Numbered from the stretch's first letter, positions 38,202-51,829 are shown. The stretch: 64,000 nt of DNA from Malacoraja senta (GCA_038087875.1 CM075992.1:4156001-4220000), one strand, 5' to 3'. Made by a program: numbers and translations. The notes: a model not told the origin generated them from the sequence alone.

Positions 38202-40116
38202 GATAAGATAGTGGGATTCATGAAGCTTTTAGATAGCCACATGGATATGCAGGGAATGGAGGGAAATGGATTACGTGCATGGCAGATGAGATTAGTTCAT
38301 CTTGGCAGCATGGTTGGGACATTGTGTGCTGAAGGGCCTGTGGCTATGCTCTACTTTTTAATGTTCTTTGTTCAGTGTTGAAGCTGGCAACGATGAATCG
38401 ACATTGGTGTAATGCCCAGGTGTTTTAGCTTGTTTTCTCACCAGTTCTTTAACACGAAGATATCCTGAATTTAAAAAAATAATAATAACTTTACTACTTG
38501 CACAAGACTTCCCAGGATCTAATCAGGGCAGCATGGTGGCGCAGCGGTAGAGTTGCTGCCTTGCAGCGCCAGAATTCAATGTTCAAGCCCCCAGGATGTA
38601 GACTGCCCAAGCGGAATATGAGGTGCATTTCCTCCAATTTATGGTGTTGCTCGCTGTGGCCATGGAGGAGACCCAGGACAGAGAGGTCAGATACGGAATG
38701 GGAGGGGGAGTTGAAGTGCTGAGCCACCGGGAGTTCAGGTTGGTTATTGCGGACCGACCGGAGGTGTTCGGCGAAACGATCGCCAAGCCTCCGCTTGGTC
38801 TCACCGATGTAGACTATTGTCACTTGCAGCGGCGGAGACCCAGGTTCCATCCCGACTATGGGTGCTGTCTGTACGGAGTGTGCACGTTCTCCCCGTGACC
38901 TGCGTGGGTTTTCTCCGAGATCTTTGGTTTCCTCCCACACTCCAGGTTTGTGTGTTAATTGTACAGGTTTGTAGGTTAATTGACTTGATGAATGAAAAAA
39001 ATGTCTCTAGTGTGTGTAGGATAGCGTTAATGTGCACAGACCCGGTGGGCCGAAGGGACTGTTTTCCACGCTGTATCTCTAAACTACACTAATCTAAAGT
39101 ACAGTGAAATTCTTTGTTTGTGCATATAATCTGGTATAAAAAAAGTTCATCGAATAGTCTTATCTTCTGCTCACAGCGGCGAACCAGGCCTGCACCGCAC
39201 GTGGCAGCAGGCGGCCCCACCATCTGGGTCCCTCCTTCAATCTCGGTAGCCCTCCGCTTGGACCACTCTCGGCGCCCCTCCCCCCTCGCTCTCGACATCA
39301 CGGGGCCCTTTTGCCTCGAATAGGTCCACAACTCCTATTGCAGAAACCTACCGCATGATGTCAATTTGCTCCTCAACTTTCACTAGGTGGGTCGACCAGA
39401 GAAATGAAAACCAAAATATCAATTGCTATGTTAAACATTTAATGATACCCCTCAACAACTGGAAGGTATGCTACTGGAAGGTGAGGAATTCTCCTAATAA
39501 TCTGCATTCACCAGTTTTTGGTCAGGCTGCATTTGGCCGGTTCTCTGGATACTTTCAATAGAGAGCTAGATAGGGCTCTTACAGATAGCGGAGTCAGGGG
39601 ATATGGGGAGAAGGCAGGAACGGGGTACTGATTGGGGATGATCAGCCATGATCACATTGAATGGCGGCGCTGGCTCGAAGGGTCGAATTCGGCCCTTCGA
39701 GCCAGCACTGCCATTCAATGTGATCATGGCTAATCTCCTGCACCTATTGTCTATTGTCTATTGGAGCACTGCATACAGTTCTGGTCACCCCACTTACCAG
39801 AAGGGTGAGGAGGCTTTGGAGAGGGTGCAGAAGAGGTTTACCGGAACGTTGAGAGGATCAAATGGTACCAAGGAGAGGTTAGACAACCCTGGATATTTTT
39901 AAAATCTGGTGTAGATGGCTGAGGGGAGACCTGATAGAAGTATATAAAATTATGAAAGTGGACAGTCAGAACCTTTTTCCCCAGAGTGGAGATATCAAAG
40001 GTGAGACGGACAATGTTTAAAGGACATGTATGGAGAGGCAAGGTTTTTTCTTTTACACAGAGGGTGGTGGGGGAGTGGAACGCAGGGCCAGGAGTGGTGG
40101 TGGAGGCAGATAAGAT

Positions 40117-40527
40117 CAAAGATCCTATAGCGAGCAAGATAGTCCACTCGACGAAAAAGACCTAGTACGGTCATGGGCAGATTCATGGGGTAATTTCCGG
40201 CCCCATTTCCGTAACCGGCTTCCGTCTCCGCACCAAAGATCCCACAGCGGAGCAAAGATAACTAGTGCGGAGACGGAAGCCGGTTACGGAAACATCCTCG
40301 TAAAAATAAAAGTTATTTGGTTAAAATTTTCTCCTCATTTTCAGAATTATAATTTATTAACACAAACTGTTCCCCCGCAAGGTTGATTACACTGCCAGTC
40401 GGGTCGGGCCGGGTCTGGTCCGGTTACGGAAATGGATGAAAAAAAGGCCCACGTTCCGTTGCGTACTACACGTCAGTCCATTGCATTTAGAAGGGGTGGT
40501 CTATCTTGCTCCGCTATAGGATCTTTG
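40117..40527. mobile_element. hAT-like MITE (copy within the tandem duplication)
   Basis: Same TIR and GATAAGAT TSD as 37791-38201. Confidence 0.85.
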
Positions 40528-41137
40528 GATAAGATAGTGGGATTCATGAAGCTTTTAGATAGCCACATGGATATGCAGGGAATGGAGGGAAATGGATTAC
40601 GTGCATGGCAGATGAGATTAGTTCATCTTGGCAGCATGGTTGGGACATTGTGTGCCGAAGGGCCTGTGGCTATGCTCTACTTTTTAATGTTCTTTGTTCA
40701 GTGTTGAAGCTGGCAACGATGAATCGACATTGGTGTAATGCCCAGGTGTTTTAGCTTGTTTTCTCACCAGTTCTTTAACACGAAGATATCCTGAATTAAA
40801 AAAAATAATGATAACTTTACTACTTGCACAAGACTTCCCAGGGCAGCATGGTGGCGCAGCGGTAGAGTTGCTGCCTTGCAGCGCCAGAGACACGGGTTCT
40901 ATCCTGACTACAGGTGCTGTCTGTGTGGAGTTTGTACGTTCTCCCCATGACTTTGTGGGTTCCCCGCTGTCCTCCCACACTACGAAGACGTGCAGATTGG
41001 TAGGTTGACACAAAACGCTGGAGTAACTCAGCGGGACAGGCAGCATCTCTGGAGAGAAGGAATGAATGGGTGACGTTTTGGGTCGAGACTCTTCTTCAGA
41101 CAGATTGGTAGGTTAATTGGCTTCAGTGAATGGTCCC

Positions 41138-41581
41138 ACAGGGCAGAGGGCAGGTGCTATAGACCTGCACGGGAAGGTAGACGCTCCCGCCCTCACGAGT
41201 CGGGGGCAGATGGGGCTCGTCAGCCTGGGAAGGCAGTCCATCTAGGAGAGGGAAAATGCTGATTTTAAACCTCCACTGCCTTGTGGCCATATCCAGTCAT
41301 GGAAAAGGCTCCAGGAGTAAACCTCAAGAAAATCCGGAGTCGGAGCCCCTAAGGCAGTTCGTCGTTGTCTACAACCCTGCTCTGGCAGCTCCTGCGACGA
41401 CGCTGGTGCCAAACTGTAACGGCCCTGCTGTTCCTCTGGATCGATCAGCGACGTGGAGAGGGGGGACGTGCTGCATGGGCAACAGCCTGTCCTCCATATG
41501 ACATTGATTGCCCAGGCTTGCATCCGACCAGGATGCATCACCCATGGTCAATCATGACCGAAGGGGCCTACTACTTACTAC
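41138..41581 (+). mobile_element. Short non-autonomous retroelement, probably RTE-related, nested in a SINE
   Basis: TSD TGAATGGTCCC / TGAATGTTCCC (41127-41137, 41582-41592); (CTA)n-like tail; motif GGCAGTCCATCTAGGAGAGGGAAAA..CTGATTTTAAACC recalls RTE 5' UTRs. Confidence 0.6.
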
Positions 41582-43400
41582 TGAATGTTCCCTAATGTAT
41601 AGGATAGAACTAGTGTATGGGTGATTGTTGGTCAGCATGGACTCAGTGGGCCAAAGAGCCTGTTTCCACACTGTATCTCTAAACTAAACTAAATGGAACA
41701 TCATAGTGGTAGGCATGTAACAGGTCGACAAATGTGTATCTAACTATATTGGTGATGTGAATCAGCAGGCCAGGAGGAATGAGAACCACCTCTGCAGCTT
41801 ACCTTATCAAAGACATCTCACCAGGGATTCGCAGCAGTCATCTCAACAGGAATCTCATTGTTCTGAACGATTTCAAACTGAAGAGCTATTGTGCTGTGTC
41901 AGTCTCCTGAACAATAAATTTGAGGCACATTAGAGGCTAACTCTGACAGGTGAGAGTCAAGAAGCTTGGCTGACTTCAAAACCAACGCAAACACATTAAC
42001 TGCATTTTATCATGTTTCATGGAATAAATAGCATACAGTAACTTTATCTGGTTGGAGATCCATCTTCCGGTGAATCATCAAGCAACATTGATAGTGATCT
42101 TGGGCAACTTTCCATTGACAGGTTAATGACAGTCTTGCTGAGCTGCATGCAAAAAATGTTTCTCGCTGTACCTTGGTAGTGAGTCAAGAGAGTGTTTTAT
42201 TGTCATATGTCCCAGTTAGAACAGTGAAATTCTTATTTGCAGCACGGGATTAGGGGATTAGGAGGGAGAGATAGATCAGCCATGATTGAATGGTGGAGTG
42301 GACTTGATGGGCCGAATGGTGCATTGTGCTTGGATGCTCAGGGAACGTTGTATACAGCAAATGCAGCAATAACAGAGGTCCCAGCTTTAAAGCCACTGTG
42401 CTGCTCCTCAGTCCACAGGAGGGGACCATCATAACGTCAGCAGGTTTGCAGTTTAGTTTATTGTCACGTGTGCCGAGGTACAGTGGAAAGCTTGTGTTGG
42501 GTGCCAACCAGTTAGCAGAAGCACAATCCATGATTACAATCGATCCATTTACAGTGTACAGATACATGATAAGGGAATAGCGTTTAGTGCAAGATGTAGC
42601 CAGCAAAGTCGGATCAAGGATAGTCTAAGGGTCATCAAAGAGGTATCGTTCTGGTGCAAGCATGTTCCCAAGGATTGCATTGATATACAGCAACAATATT
42701 TGAAAGCTTGTGACAAAAACTGATAAATCAAACATGACAGGTGAGCTATTAAAGATGTAAAATCCACACCCTGCCAACAGCAATTAGAAATGAAATTTGC
42801 TCTTCTGACAGCATGGATTTATTTGCATAATTAAGATAGTCACAGCTGGAGCTATTTGGAGTTTGTCCTGAGGCACAATTATTTAGTTATAGTTTAGTTT
42901 CGAGATACAGTGCAAAAACAATCTCCTCAGCCCACAGTTGTTCAAGAGAGAACTGCAGATGCTGGTAAAATCAAAGGTAGAAACAAAATACTGGAGTAAC
43001 TCAGCGGGTGAGGCAGCATCTATGGAGAGAAGGAATTGGCAATGTTTTGGGTCGAGACCCTTCTGAAGATCAAAGGGAGAATGTACAAACTCCATGCAGG
43101 CAACATCCGTAGTCAGGATCGAACCTGGGTCTCTAAGGCAGCAACTCTACCGCTGCACCACCGTGCTGTCCTGGCAGAAATTGATGGAAGAATGGGATTG
43201 CTGTGAGCTAGCATAAACTGAATGACCTTTTATTCTGCCATGAGAAAATATGAAAAAAATGAAAATTCAGTTTGCAAGTTTGAATTCCTTTTAGCTGCCA
43301 AACAGTTAATTATAGTGGTAAGAAACACATCCAACGATGCCACCACTTAAATAGCCACAGTGGGATACGCCCTGGATCAAGCAAAACAGGTTTGGATTAA

Positions 43401-43580
43401 AGGTACACAAAAATGCTGGAGAAACTCAGCGGGTGCAGCAGCATCTATGGAGCGAAGGAAATAGGTAACGTTTCGGGCCGAAACCCTTCCTTCGCTCATC
43501 GATGCTGCTTGCACCCGCTGAGTTTCTCCAGCATTTTTGTGTACCTTCGATTTTCCAGCATCTGCAGTTCCTTCTTTAAC
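43401..43580. mobile_element. Fold-back Penelope-derived insertion with 15-bp TSD
   Basis: ACAGGTTTGGATTAA at 43386-43400 and 43581-43595; empty site at 46489-46503. Confidence 0.88.
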
Positions 43581-43629
43581 ACAGGTTTGGATTAAGCTTG
43601 GTTCTAACACCCTGTTTTCACACTATCTA

Positions 43630-44175
43630 TCAAGTCAAGTCAAGTCAAGTGAGTTTATTGTCATGTGTCCCTGGTAGGACAATGAAATTCTTGCTTTGCT
43701 TGAGCACAACAGAACATAGTAGGCATTTACTACAAGGCATTCTATAAATATATACACAATGGTCAATATACTGATAAAGTGCAAATAACAGTATTGGCTG
43801 GTAAAGTTCAGTGTTATGTCCGAGCCAGGTTTAATAGCCTGATGGCTGTGGGGAAGTAGCTGTTCCTGAACCTGGTCGTTGCAGTCTTCAGGCTCCTGTA
43901 CCTTCTACCTGAAGGTAGTAGGGAGATGAGTGTGTGGCCAGGATGGTGTGGGTCCTTGATGATGCTGCCAGCCTTTTTGAGGCAGCGACTGTGGTAGATC
44001 CCCTCGATGGAAGGGAGGTCAGAGCCGATGATGGACTGGGCAGTGTTTACTGCTTTTTGTAGTCTTTTCCTCTCCAGGGCACTCAAGTTGCCGAACCAAG
44101 CCACCATGCAAACCGGTCAGCATGCTCTCTTACTGTGCACCTGTAAAGTTAGAGAGAGTCCTCCTTGACAAACCG
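43630..44175 (-). mobile_element. Rex1/Babar-clade LINE 3' fragment
   Basis: VAWFGNLSALERKRLQKAVNTAQSIIG...RCLKKAGSIIKDPHHPGHTLISLLPSGRRYRSLKTATTRFRNSYFPTAIRLLN; (ACTTG)n tail. Confidence 0.88.
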
Positions 44176-44599
44176 ATGGAGTGTTCTTGCAAGTGAGTAT
44201 GCCTGTGATGGAGTGTTCTTGCAAGTGAGTTTAATATCAATGGAAAATTCCATTCTGCAGTGCAAAGATGATTTACGAGGGTGTTGCTGGGACTTGAGGG
44301 TCTGGGCAGGGTAGGACTTTATCCTTGGAGTGCAGAAGGCTGGGCAGGTGGGCTGAAGAATGGGTGATGGAATTTAATACAGAGTAATGTGAGGTGTAGC
44401 ATTTTGGGGAGTCCAACATGGGCAGAACCCACACAGTGATTGGTAGAGTTCTGGGGAGTGTTGTAGAGCAGAGGGAGCTGGGAGTGCAGGTACATAGGTA
44501 AACATCACCTATCCATGTTCTCCAGAGATGCTGACCCCTGACCCATTGAGCTATCTCAGCACTTTGTGTCTATCTGCTGTGTAGGTTTCTTTGCTTTTT

Positions 44600-46215
44600 C
44601 TGGGTGAACAACATTCTGGCAGGCAGGTTTGCCACTGCTACATGGGTAGGAGAGTATGGCGCAAGTGAAATAGGAATCGATGTGAAAGGTGAGGTGAGTA
44701 ATGGATTAAAAGTATTATATATGAATGCGCAAAGTTTAAGAAGTAAAGTGGATGAGCTTGAGGCTCAGTTAGAGATTGGTAGATATGACATTGTGGGGAT
44801 TACAGAGACATGGCTACAGGCGGATCGGGAACTGAATATTCAGGATACGTCCTATAGAAAGGACCGGCAGGTGGGCAGAGGAGGTGGGGTAGCTCTGTTG
44901 GTGAGGGATGAAATTCAGTCCCTTGCGAGGGGGAGACATAGGGACTGATGATGTAGAGTCGCTGTGGATAGAATTGAGGAATTGTAAAGGTAAGAAGACA
45001 CTAATGGGAGTTATCTACAGGCTCCCCAAACAGTAGCCTGGATATACAATACAATACAACACAATACAACACAATACAATACAAATTTATTGTCATTTGA
45101 ACCTCAAAAGAAGTTCAAATGAAATTTGGTTTCTGCAGTCATACAACAAGAAAAGAACCAAGAACCACAAACACACAATTTACACAAACATCCATCACAG
45201 TGAATCTCCTTCTCACATGTAGGGTGCAAGTTGCAGCAGGAATTACAATTGGCATGTAACAAAGGTAATGCCACTGTGGTTATGGGAGATTTCAATATGC
45301 AGGACTGTGAAAATCAGGTTGGTTCTGGACCCCAAGAAAGGGAGTTTGTAGAGAGTCTCCAAGATGGATTTTTAGAGCATCTTGTACTGGAGCCTACCAG
45401 AGAAAAGGCAATTCTGGATTTAGTGTTGTCTAATGAACCAGATTTAATAAGGGAACTCAAGGTAAAGGAACCGCTGGGAGATAGTGACCATAATATGGTA
45501 AGTTTTAAACTACAATTTGAGAGGGAGAAGGTTAAATCAGAAGTGTCAGTGTTGCAGTTGAACAAAGGGGACTATGAAGGCATGAGAGAGGAGCTAGCCA
45601 AGGTTGACTGGAAAAGGATCCTAGCAGGAATGACGGTGGAACAGCAATGGCAGGAATTTCTGGGCGAAATCAAGAAGATGCAGGATCATTTCATTCCAAA
45701 GAGGAAGAAGGATTTTAAGGGGATTAAGAAGCAATTGTGGCTGACAAGGGAAGTTAGGGATGGAAAAAAACTAAAATAAAAGGTGTATAACATAGCAAAG
45801 AGTAGCCGGAAGCCAGAGGATTGGGCAACTTTCAAAGGGCAACAGAAGGTAACAAAAAAGGCAATATGGGGTTAAAAGATGAAGTACGAGGGTAAACTGG
45901 CCAAGAATATAAAGAAGTATAGTAAAAATGTATTTAGGTATATTAATAGATTAGTAAAGACAAATGTGGGTTCCTTGAAGGCAGAAACAAGTGAAATTAT
46001 TATGAAGAACAAGGAAATGGCAGAAGAGTTGAACAGGTACTTTGGTACTGTCTTCACTAAGGAAGACACAAACAATCTCCCAGATGTACCAGAGGACAGA
46101 GGATCTAGGGAAACAGAGGATCTGAAAGAAATTTGCATTAGGTGAGAAGTAGTATTGGGTAGATTGATGGGACTGAAGGCTGATAAATCCCCAGGGCCTG
46201 ATGGTCTGAATCCTA
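44600..46215 (+). pseudogene. CR1 ORF2 N-terminal part: APE endonuclease + linker, frameshifted, interrupted at ~45045-45218
   Basis: LKVLYMNAQSLRSKVDEL..YDIVGITETWL, VVMGDFN, ILDLVL, LGDSDHN, ELNRYFGTVFTKED, ending at KSPGPDG. Confidence 0.92.
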
Positions 46216-46894
46216 GGCAGCACCCGTAGTCAGGATTGAACCTGGGTCTCTAAGGCAGCACCACCGTGCTGCCCTGGCAGAAATTGATGGAAGAATGGGA
46301 TTGCTGTGAGCTAGCATAGACTGAATGGCCTTTTATTCTGCCATGAGTAAATATGAAAAAAATGAAAATTCAGTTTGCAAGTTTGAATTCCTTTTAGCTG
46401 CCAAACAGTTAATTATAGTGGTAAGAAACACATCCAACAATGCGACCACTTAAATAGCCATAGTGGGATACGCCCTGGATCAAGCAAAACAGGTTTGGAT
46501 CAAGCTTGGTTCTAACATAAACACCTTGTTTTCACACTACCTATGACACTGCCCGAAATAGACCTGTGATGGAGTGTTCTTGCAAGTGAGTTTAATATCA
46601 ATGGAAAATTCCATTCTGCAATGCAAAGATGATTTACAAGGGTGTTGCTGGGACTTGAGGGTCCTTGGAGTGCAGAAGGCTGGGCAGGTGGGCTGAGGAA
46701 TGGGTGATGGAATTTAATACAGAGTAATGTGAGGTGTAGCATTTTGGGAAGTCCAACATGGGCAGGACCCACACAGTGAATGGTAGAGTTCTGTCGAGCA
46801 GAGGGAGCTGGGAGTGCAGGTACATAATTCCTCGAAAATTGTGTCACAAGTGGATAGGGTGGTCAATGATGGCCACAGGCAATGATGGTCCAGT

Positions 46895-47848
46895 TTTATA
46901 CTGCCATCATAGAGTCTGTCCTCACCTCCATCAAGTTCAAGTGAATTTATTGTCATGTGTCCCTGATAGGACAATGAAATTCTTGCTTTGCTTCAGCACA
47001 CAGAACATAGTAGGCATTGACTACAAACAGATCAATGTGTCCATATATCATTATATAAATATATACACACATGAATAAATAAACTGATAAAGTGCAAATA
47101 ACAGATAATGGGTTATTAACGATCAGAGTTGTGTCCGAGCTGGGTTTAATAGCCTGATGGCTGTGGGGAAGTAGCACAAAGCAAGAATTTCATTGTCCTA
47201 CCAGGGACACATGACAATAAATTCACTTGACTTGACTTGACTATTCCTGAACCTGGTTGTTGCAGTCTTCAGGCTCCTGTACCTTCTACCTGAAGGTAGC
47301 AGGGAGATGAGTGTGTGGCCAGGATGGTGTGTGTCTTTGATGATACTGACAGCCTTTTTGAGGCAGCGACTGCGATCATGGTCTGGTTTGGCTCAGCCAC
47401 CAAGCACGACATCCGGAGGCTGCAGCGAATCGTCCGATCAGCTGAGAAGGTTGTTGGCTGCAACCTTCCCCCCATTGATGAACTGTACACTACAAGGGCC
47501 AGGAAGCGAGCGGGTAAGATCATCTCTGACCCCTCTCACCTTGGCCACAAACTCTTTGAATCACTTCCCACTGAAAGGCGACTCCGGACTGTCAAAGCCA
47601 CCACAGCCAGACATAAAAACAGTTTTTGTCACGAGCAGTAGTTCTACTCAACAATCAAACTCTGTAGCCTCCTTTAGCTCTGGTATTTTATTTCATTCAC
47701 GTTTAAACTATAATGTTTTATTCTTAATGTTTTTTTCTTAATTGTTACTGTATGTCGTGTTGTTACTTGCGAGCGGAGCACCAAGGCAAATTCCTTGTAT
47801 GTGTACATACTTGGCCAAAAAACATTCATTCATTCATTCATTCATTCA
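46895..47848. mobile_element. Nested Rex1/Babar fragments (minus-strand copy 46934-47374 inside a plus-strand copy)
   Basis: IMVWFGSATKHDIRRLQRIVRSAEKVVGCNLP...IISDPSHLGHKLFESLP; (ATTC)n tail at ~47823-47848; inner copy homologous to 43630-43995. Confidence 0.8.
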
Positions 47849-50414
47849 TGAAGGCTTTTGGCATATTGACCTTCATCAGTCAGAGTAATGAACATTGTGG
47901 TTGGAAGGTCATTTTACAGTTATACAGGACATTGGTGAGGCCACATATAGTATTTGTTCAGTATTGGTCACCATGTTGTCAAGCTTGACAGGGTTCAGAG
48001 AAGACTTACCAAGATGTTAGACAAAAGTGCTGGAGAAACTCAGCGGGTGCAGCAGCATCTATGGAGCGAAGGAAATAGGCAAAGTTTTGGGCCGAAACCC
48101 TTCTTCAGACCCAGGACTCAAGGGACTGAGCTCTAGGGAGAGGTTGAGCAAGTAGTGCTTTATTCCTTGGAGCTCAGGAGGATGAGGGGTTCAGAGATAC
48201 AGGCGTATAAGAACATAAGCGGAATTGACAGGATGAATGCACAGAGTCTTTTACCCAGAGTTGGGTAATCAAGAAATAGAGGACATAGGCTTAAGGTGAG
48301 AGGGGCATTTTTATCAGGGAACTGAGGACTAGCTTTTTCACACAGAGGACTGTGGGCTTATGGACCGAGCTGCCAGTGGAGGCAATAGAGACGGGTACTA
48401 TAGCAACATTTAAAATACATTTGGAGGGGTACATCCATGGAAAGGTTTAGAAGGATAAGGGCCAAAAGTGGGCAGGTTGGACTAGTAGATGGGCATTTAT
48501 GGCCGGCATGGGCAAGTTGGGCCAAAGGGCCTGTTTCCATGCTGTATGATTCTATCACACTCCACTGTATGCTGCAGCACTAAAAAAAACTGTGCTGGAT
48601 TAACCCAGCGGGTCAGACTGCATCTCTGGAGAACATGCATAGGTGACATTTCGGACTGGGATCTGCATCTGCAGTTTCTTGTTGCTCTGTCCTACCAGAA
48701 GGTACTTTGTTTCCATTTTTTCAATTGATTAATGGGATAACAATGTTTCTAACAAGGTTCATCTCTAAACCATTGAGTTATATAGAAGGATAAAGACCCT
48801 TTGGCCCAAATCATCCATGCTGACCGAGAGGTCTTCCAAGAATCCCATTTGCCAGCATTTGGCCCATTTTTCTCGAAACCTTTACTATCCATGTACGACT
48901 TTTTATCAGCCTCTTCAGATTCCTCAGGCTGCTAGTTCCATACAATCACCATTACCTGTGCAGGTTTGAAGGTTAATCGGCCATGGTAAATTAACCTGAA
49001 TATGTGAGCAGTGGGAGAACATGGAACTGGTGTGAACAGATGATTGGTGGTCAGCATGGACTCGGTGGGACGAAGGGCCTGATTCCATGCTACAAATCCA
49101 AATGTTTCAGATTTCAGACCTACGATCTGAAAAATTAACTCTGTCTTTCTGTCGCTGCTGCCTGACATGCAGAGTGTTTTTAACCTGTGCTCAATATTAA
49201 GTATAAGCTGTGGAAACAAGATGCTGGTTTACACAAATGGACACAAAGTGCTGGAGTAACCCATCGGGACAGGCAGGCAGCATCTCTGGAGAACAAGGAT
49301 AGGTGAAGTTTTGGGTCGGGTCTGAAGAAGAGTCCTGACCAGAAACATGTTCTCCAGAGATGTTGCCTGATCTGCTGAGTTACTCCAGCACTTAATGTCC
49401 TCTCAACTACAAGCCAATGTTCACTCTAGGCATCTGGCCACGACAGTTTTCAACATGTCTGTTAATTACAGTGTAGTGCAAAGTTAGTTTGGGATTATTT
49501 GGCAAAGTTATCTCCCCTTATTCAAGAGCTGTAAAAGCTGTCAAAGGATTTGTAGACAAAGAAGAAAATTGCCTGAAGCAATCATCTGTCATCAGCTATC
49601 CGTCCAACCCCAAAATATAGTCATTCAATTATTCGATGCCAAAATAAATCAGAGCACTGATTAATTCAGCAGATTTCAATGTGGGAAAGAAAGTCTCTTA
49701 AACCTGTATTTTCCACCTATAGTTTAGTTGAGTTTAGAGATACAGTGCTGAAACAGGCCCTTCGGCCCACCGAGTCCGCACCGACCAGCGATCCCCACAC
49801 ATTAACACTATCCTACACACACTAAGGACAACTTACACTTATACCAAGCCAATTAACCTCAAACCTGTACATCTTTAGAAGGAGAAAACCGAAGATCTTG
49901 AAGAAAACCCACGCAGGTCACGGGGAGAACGTACAAACTCCGTACAGACAGCACCTGTAGTCGGGATTGAACCTGTAAGCGCTGTAAGGCAGCAAATCTA
50001 CCGCTGTGCCACCATGCCACCCCTAGAGTAGAGTCACTCAGTGTGGAAAAAGTCCTTTCGGCCCTTTTGAGTCTGTGCCACCAATTTGCAGTAATCCTGC
50101 ACCAATCCTATTTACTATCCTATCACCAACTAGATAGCAGCCCTGAGATACTATCTACCTCATTGGAGACCCTTGGACTACCATTAATCAGACTTCACTG
50201 GATATTATCTTGCCCTACACGTTATTCCCTTTATCATGTATCTGTATACTGTGGACAGCTCGATTGTAATCATGCATTGTCCCTCCACTGACTGGTCAAC
50301 ACATTAAAGCTTTTGACAATAAACTAAACCTCTTTCCACATTCCCTTCAACTTCAAGGATTTTCTCACTCACCACCTCATGGGGAGACCGGGATGCAATT
50401 TACAATTTATAATG

Positions 50415-50852
50415 CCTTCTGGCTGCATTTTTCACCCACCATCCTCATCTTTGGACACCCTGTGCATAGGGGAGAAGGTGGGGCTGAAGATGTCCTGGTT
50501 GGGTTGCTCCTGGGCCTGGCCAAGCTGGCCATCCGCCAGTCAAGGCGCCAGGCGGTGGAGGGCTCTGCCCGAGCCGGCTGCCTGCCTGCCCCTTTTCCGG
50601 GGATACGTCCGTGCCCGGGTGCGGTTAGAGAGGGAATACGCCCTGTCCAAGGGCACCCTGAGGGAGTTCCAGGACCGCAGGGTGTTGAATGTATCCTCAA
50701 TAAGGATTGTATCATAGAAGTATAGTAGGTTATTATGGATATATGTTTGTATTGTAGTATGGTGGTGGGTTCCGGCTTGTTTTATTGTAGTGTAATTATT
50801 ATTTTTTAATAATTGAATACATTTTTTGATTAAAAAAAAAATTTAAAAAAAT
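50415..50852 (+). mobile_element. Tx1/L1-clade LINE 3' fragment
   Basis: FWLHFSPTILIFGHPVHRGEGGAEDVLVGLLLGLAKLAI..SRRQAVEG...LFRGYVRARVRLEREYA; A-rich tail. Confidence 0.75.
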
Positions 50853-51829
50853 TATAATGGGCAACTAACCTATAGGCCCGGAATTTTTTGGTATGAGAGG
50901 GGAAAGTTGAGGAAGTACACACGGTCACAAGGACAACCAGCAAAGTCCACACAGGCAGCGCTGCTGGAGCTGTGAGGCAGCAGCTCCATCACCTATACCA
51001 CACGTATCAAGTCATGAATCAAGAGTGTTTAATTGTCATGTGTAATTGGGCGGCACGGTGGCGCAGCGGTAGAGTTGCTGCCTTACAGCGAATGCAGCGC
51101 CAGAGACCCGGGTTCGATCCTGACTACGGGTGCTATCTGTACGGAGTTTGTACCCACTCTATCCAGGCCTTTCACCATTCAGTACATTTTGATGAGATCC
51201 CCCCACCCCGATCATCTATCTAAACTCCAAATCAGCCCCTTGAGAAAGACCAGGCACGGCGTTGGCTTTGGGAGAATAGCACTAATCTTCTTCAGAACTG
51301 GTGCCAGGGCGCTTTATAGGTAGAGGAGAGATGGGGCAGTATCATAAGGACAGGACCACTTCCTATGTAGCACTCCGTCAACCCTGTCTCAACAGGCAGC
51401 GGATTCCAGAGTATAATCATCTCTGCTTCAAAAGGGTTTTCAAATTGTTTTCATCTATTTACCTGGGAGGTCTAGTTCTGCTGGTCTCGGCTAAAAATCT
51501 CATGACTACCTTACATTCACATTGCTCATGGGGTGGCAAGGTGGTGCAGATAACACAACTGCTGCCTCACAATCCCAGCATCCCAGCAGCCTCAAGACCC
51601 ATCTCTTCACCTCTGCATACCCTTAGTCCCATGTTCCCCTCCCCTCTGTCTTACTGCTCTATTTTGTTTTGTTTATTGCTGACTCTCAATTGTAAAGCGA
51701 CTTTGAGTCCTGAAAAGCGCTATATAAATAAAATCTATTATTATTATTATTATTCAATCCTGACCTCTGTGGTGCAGCAGCAGAGTTGCTGCCTTACAGC
51801 GCCAGAGACCCGGGTTCGAACCTGACTAA

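Larger units (their letters stand above)
36249..40885. repeat. Tandem duplication, 2 x ~2.32 kb (36249-38570, 38571-40885)
   Basis: Paired near-identical ORFs offset by 2322-2326 nt; junction CAGCGCC-AGA-ATTCAATG with AGA microhomology. Confidence 0.95.

Noticed and set aside
36235..38940. Stand-alone GIY-YIG nuclease genes (126 and 148 aa)
   Set aside because: N-termini derive from an antisense SINE joined to a 5'-truncated Penelope ORF that lacks the GIY half of the motif
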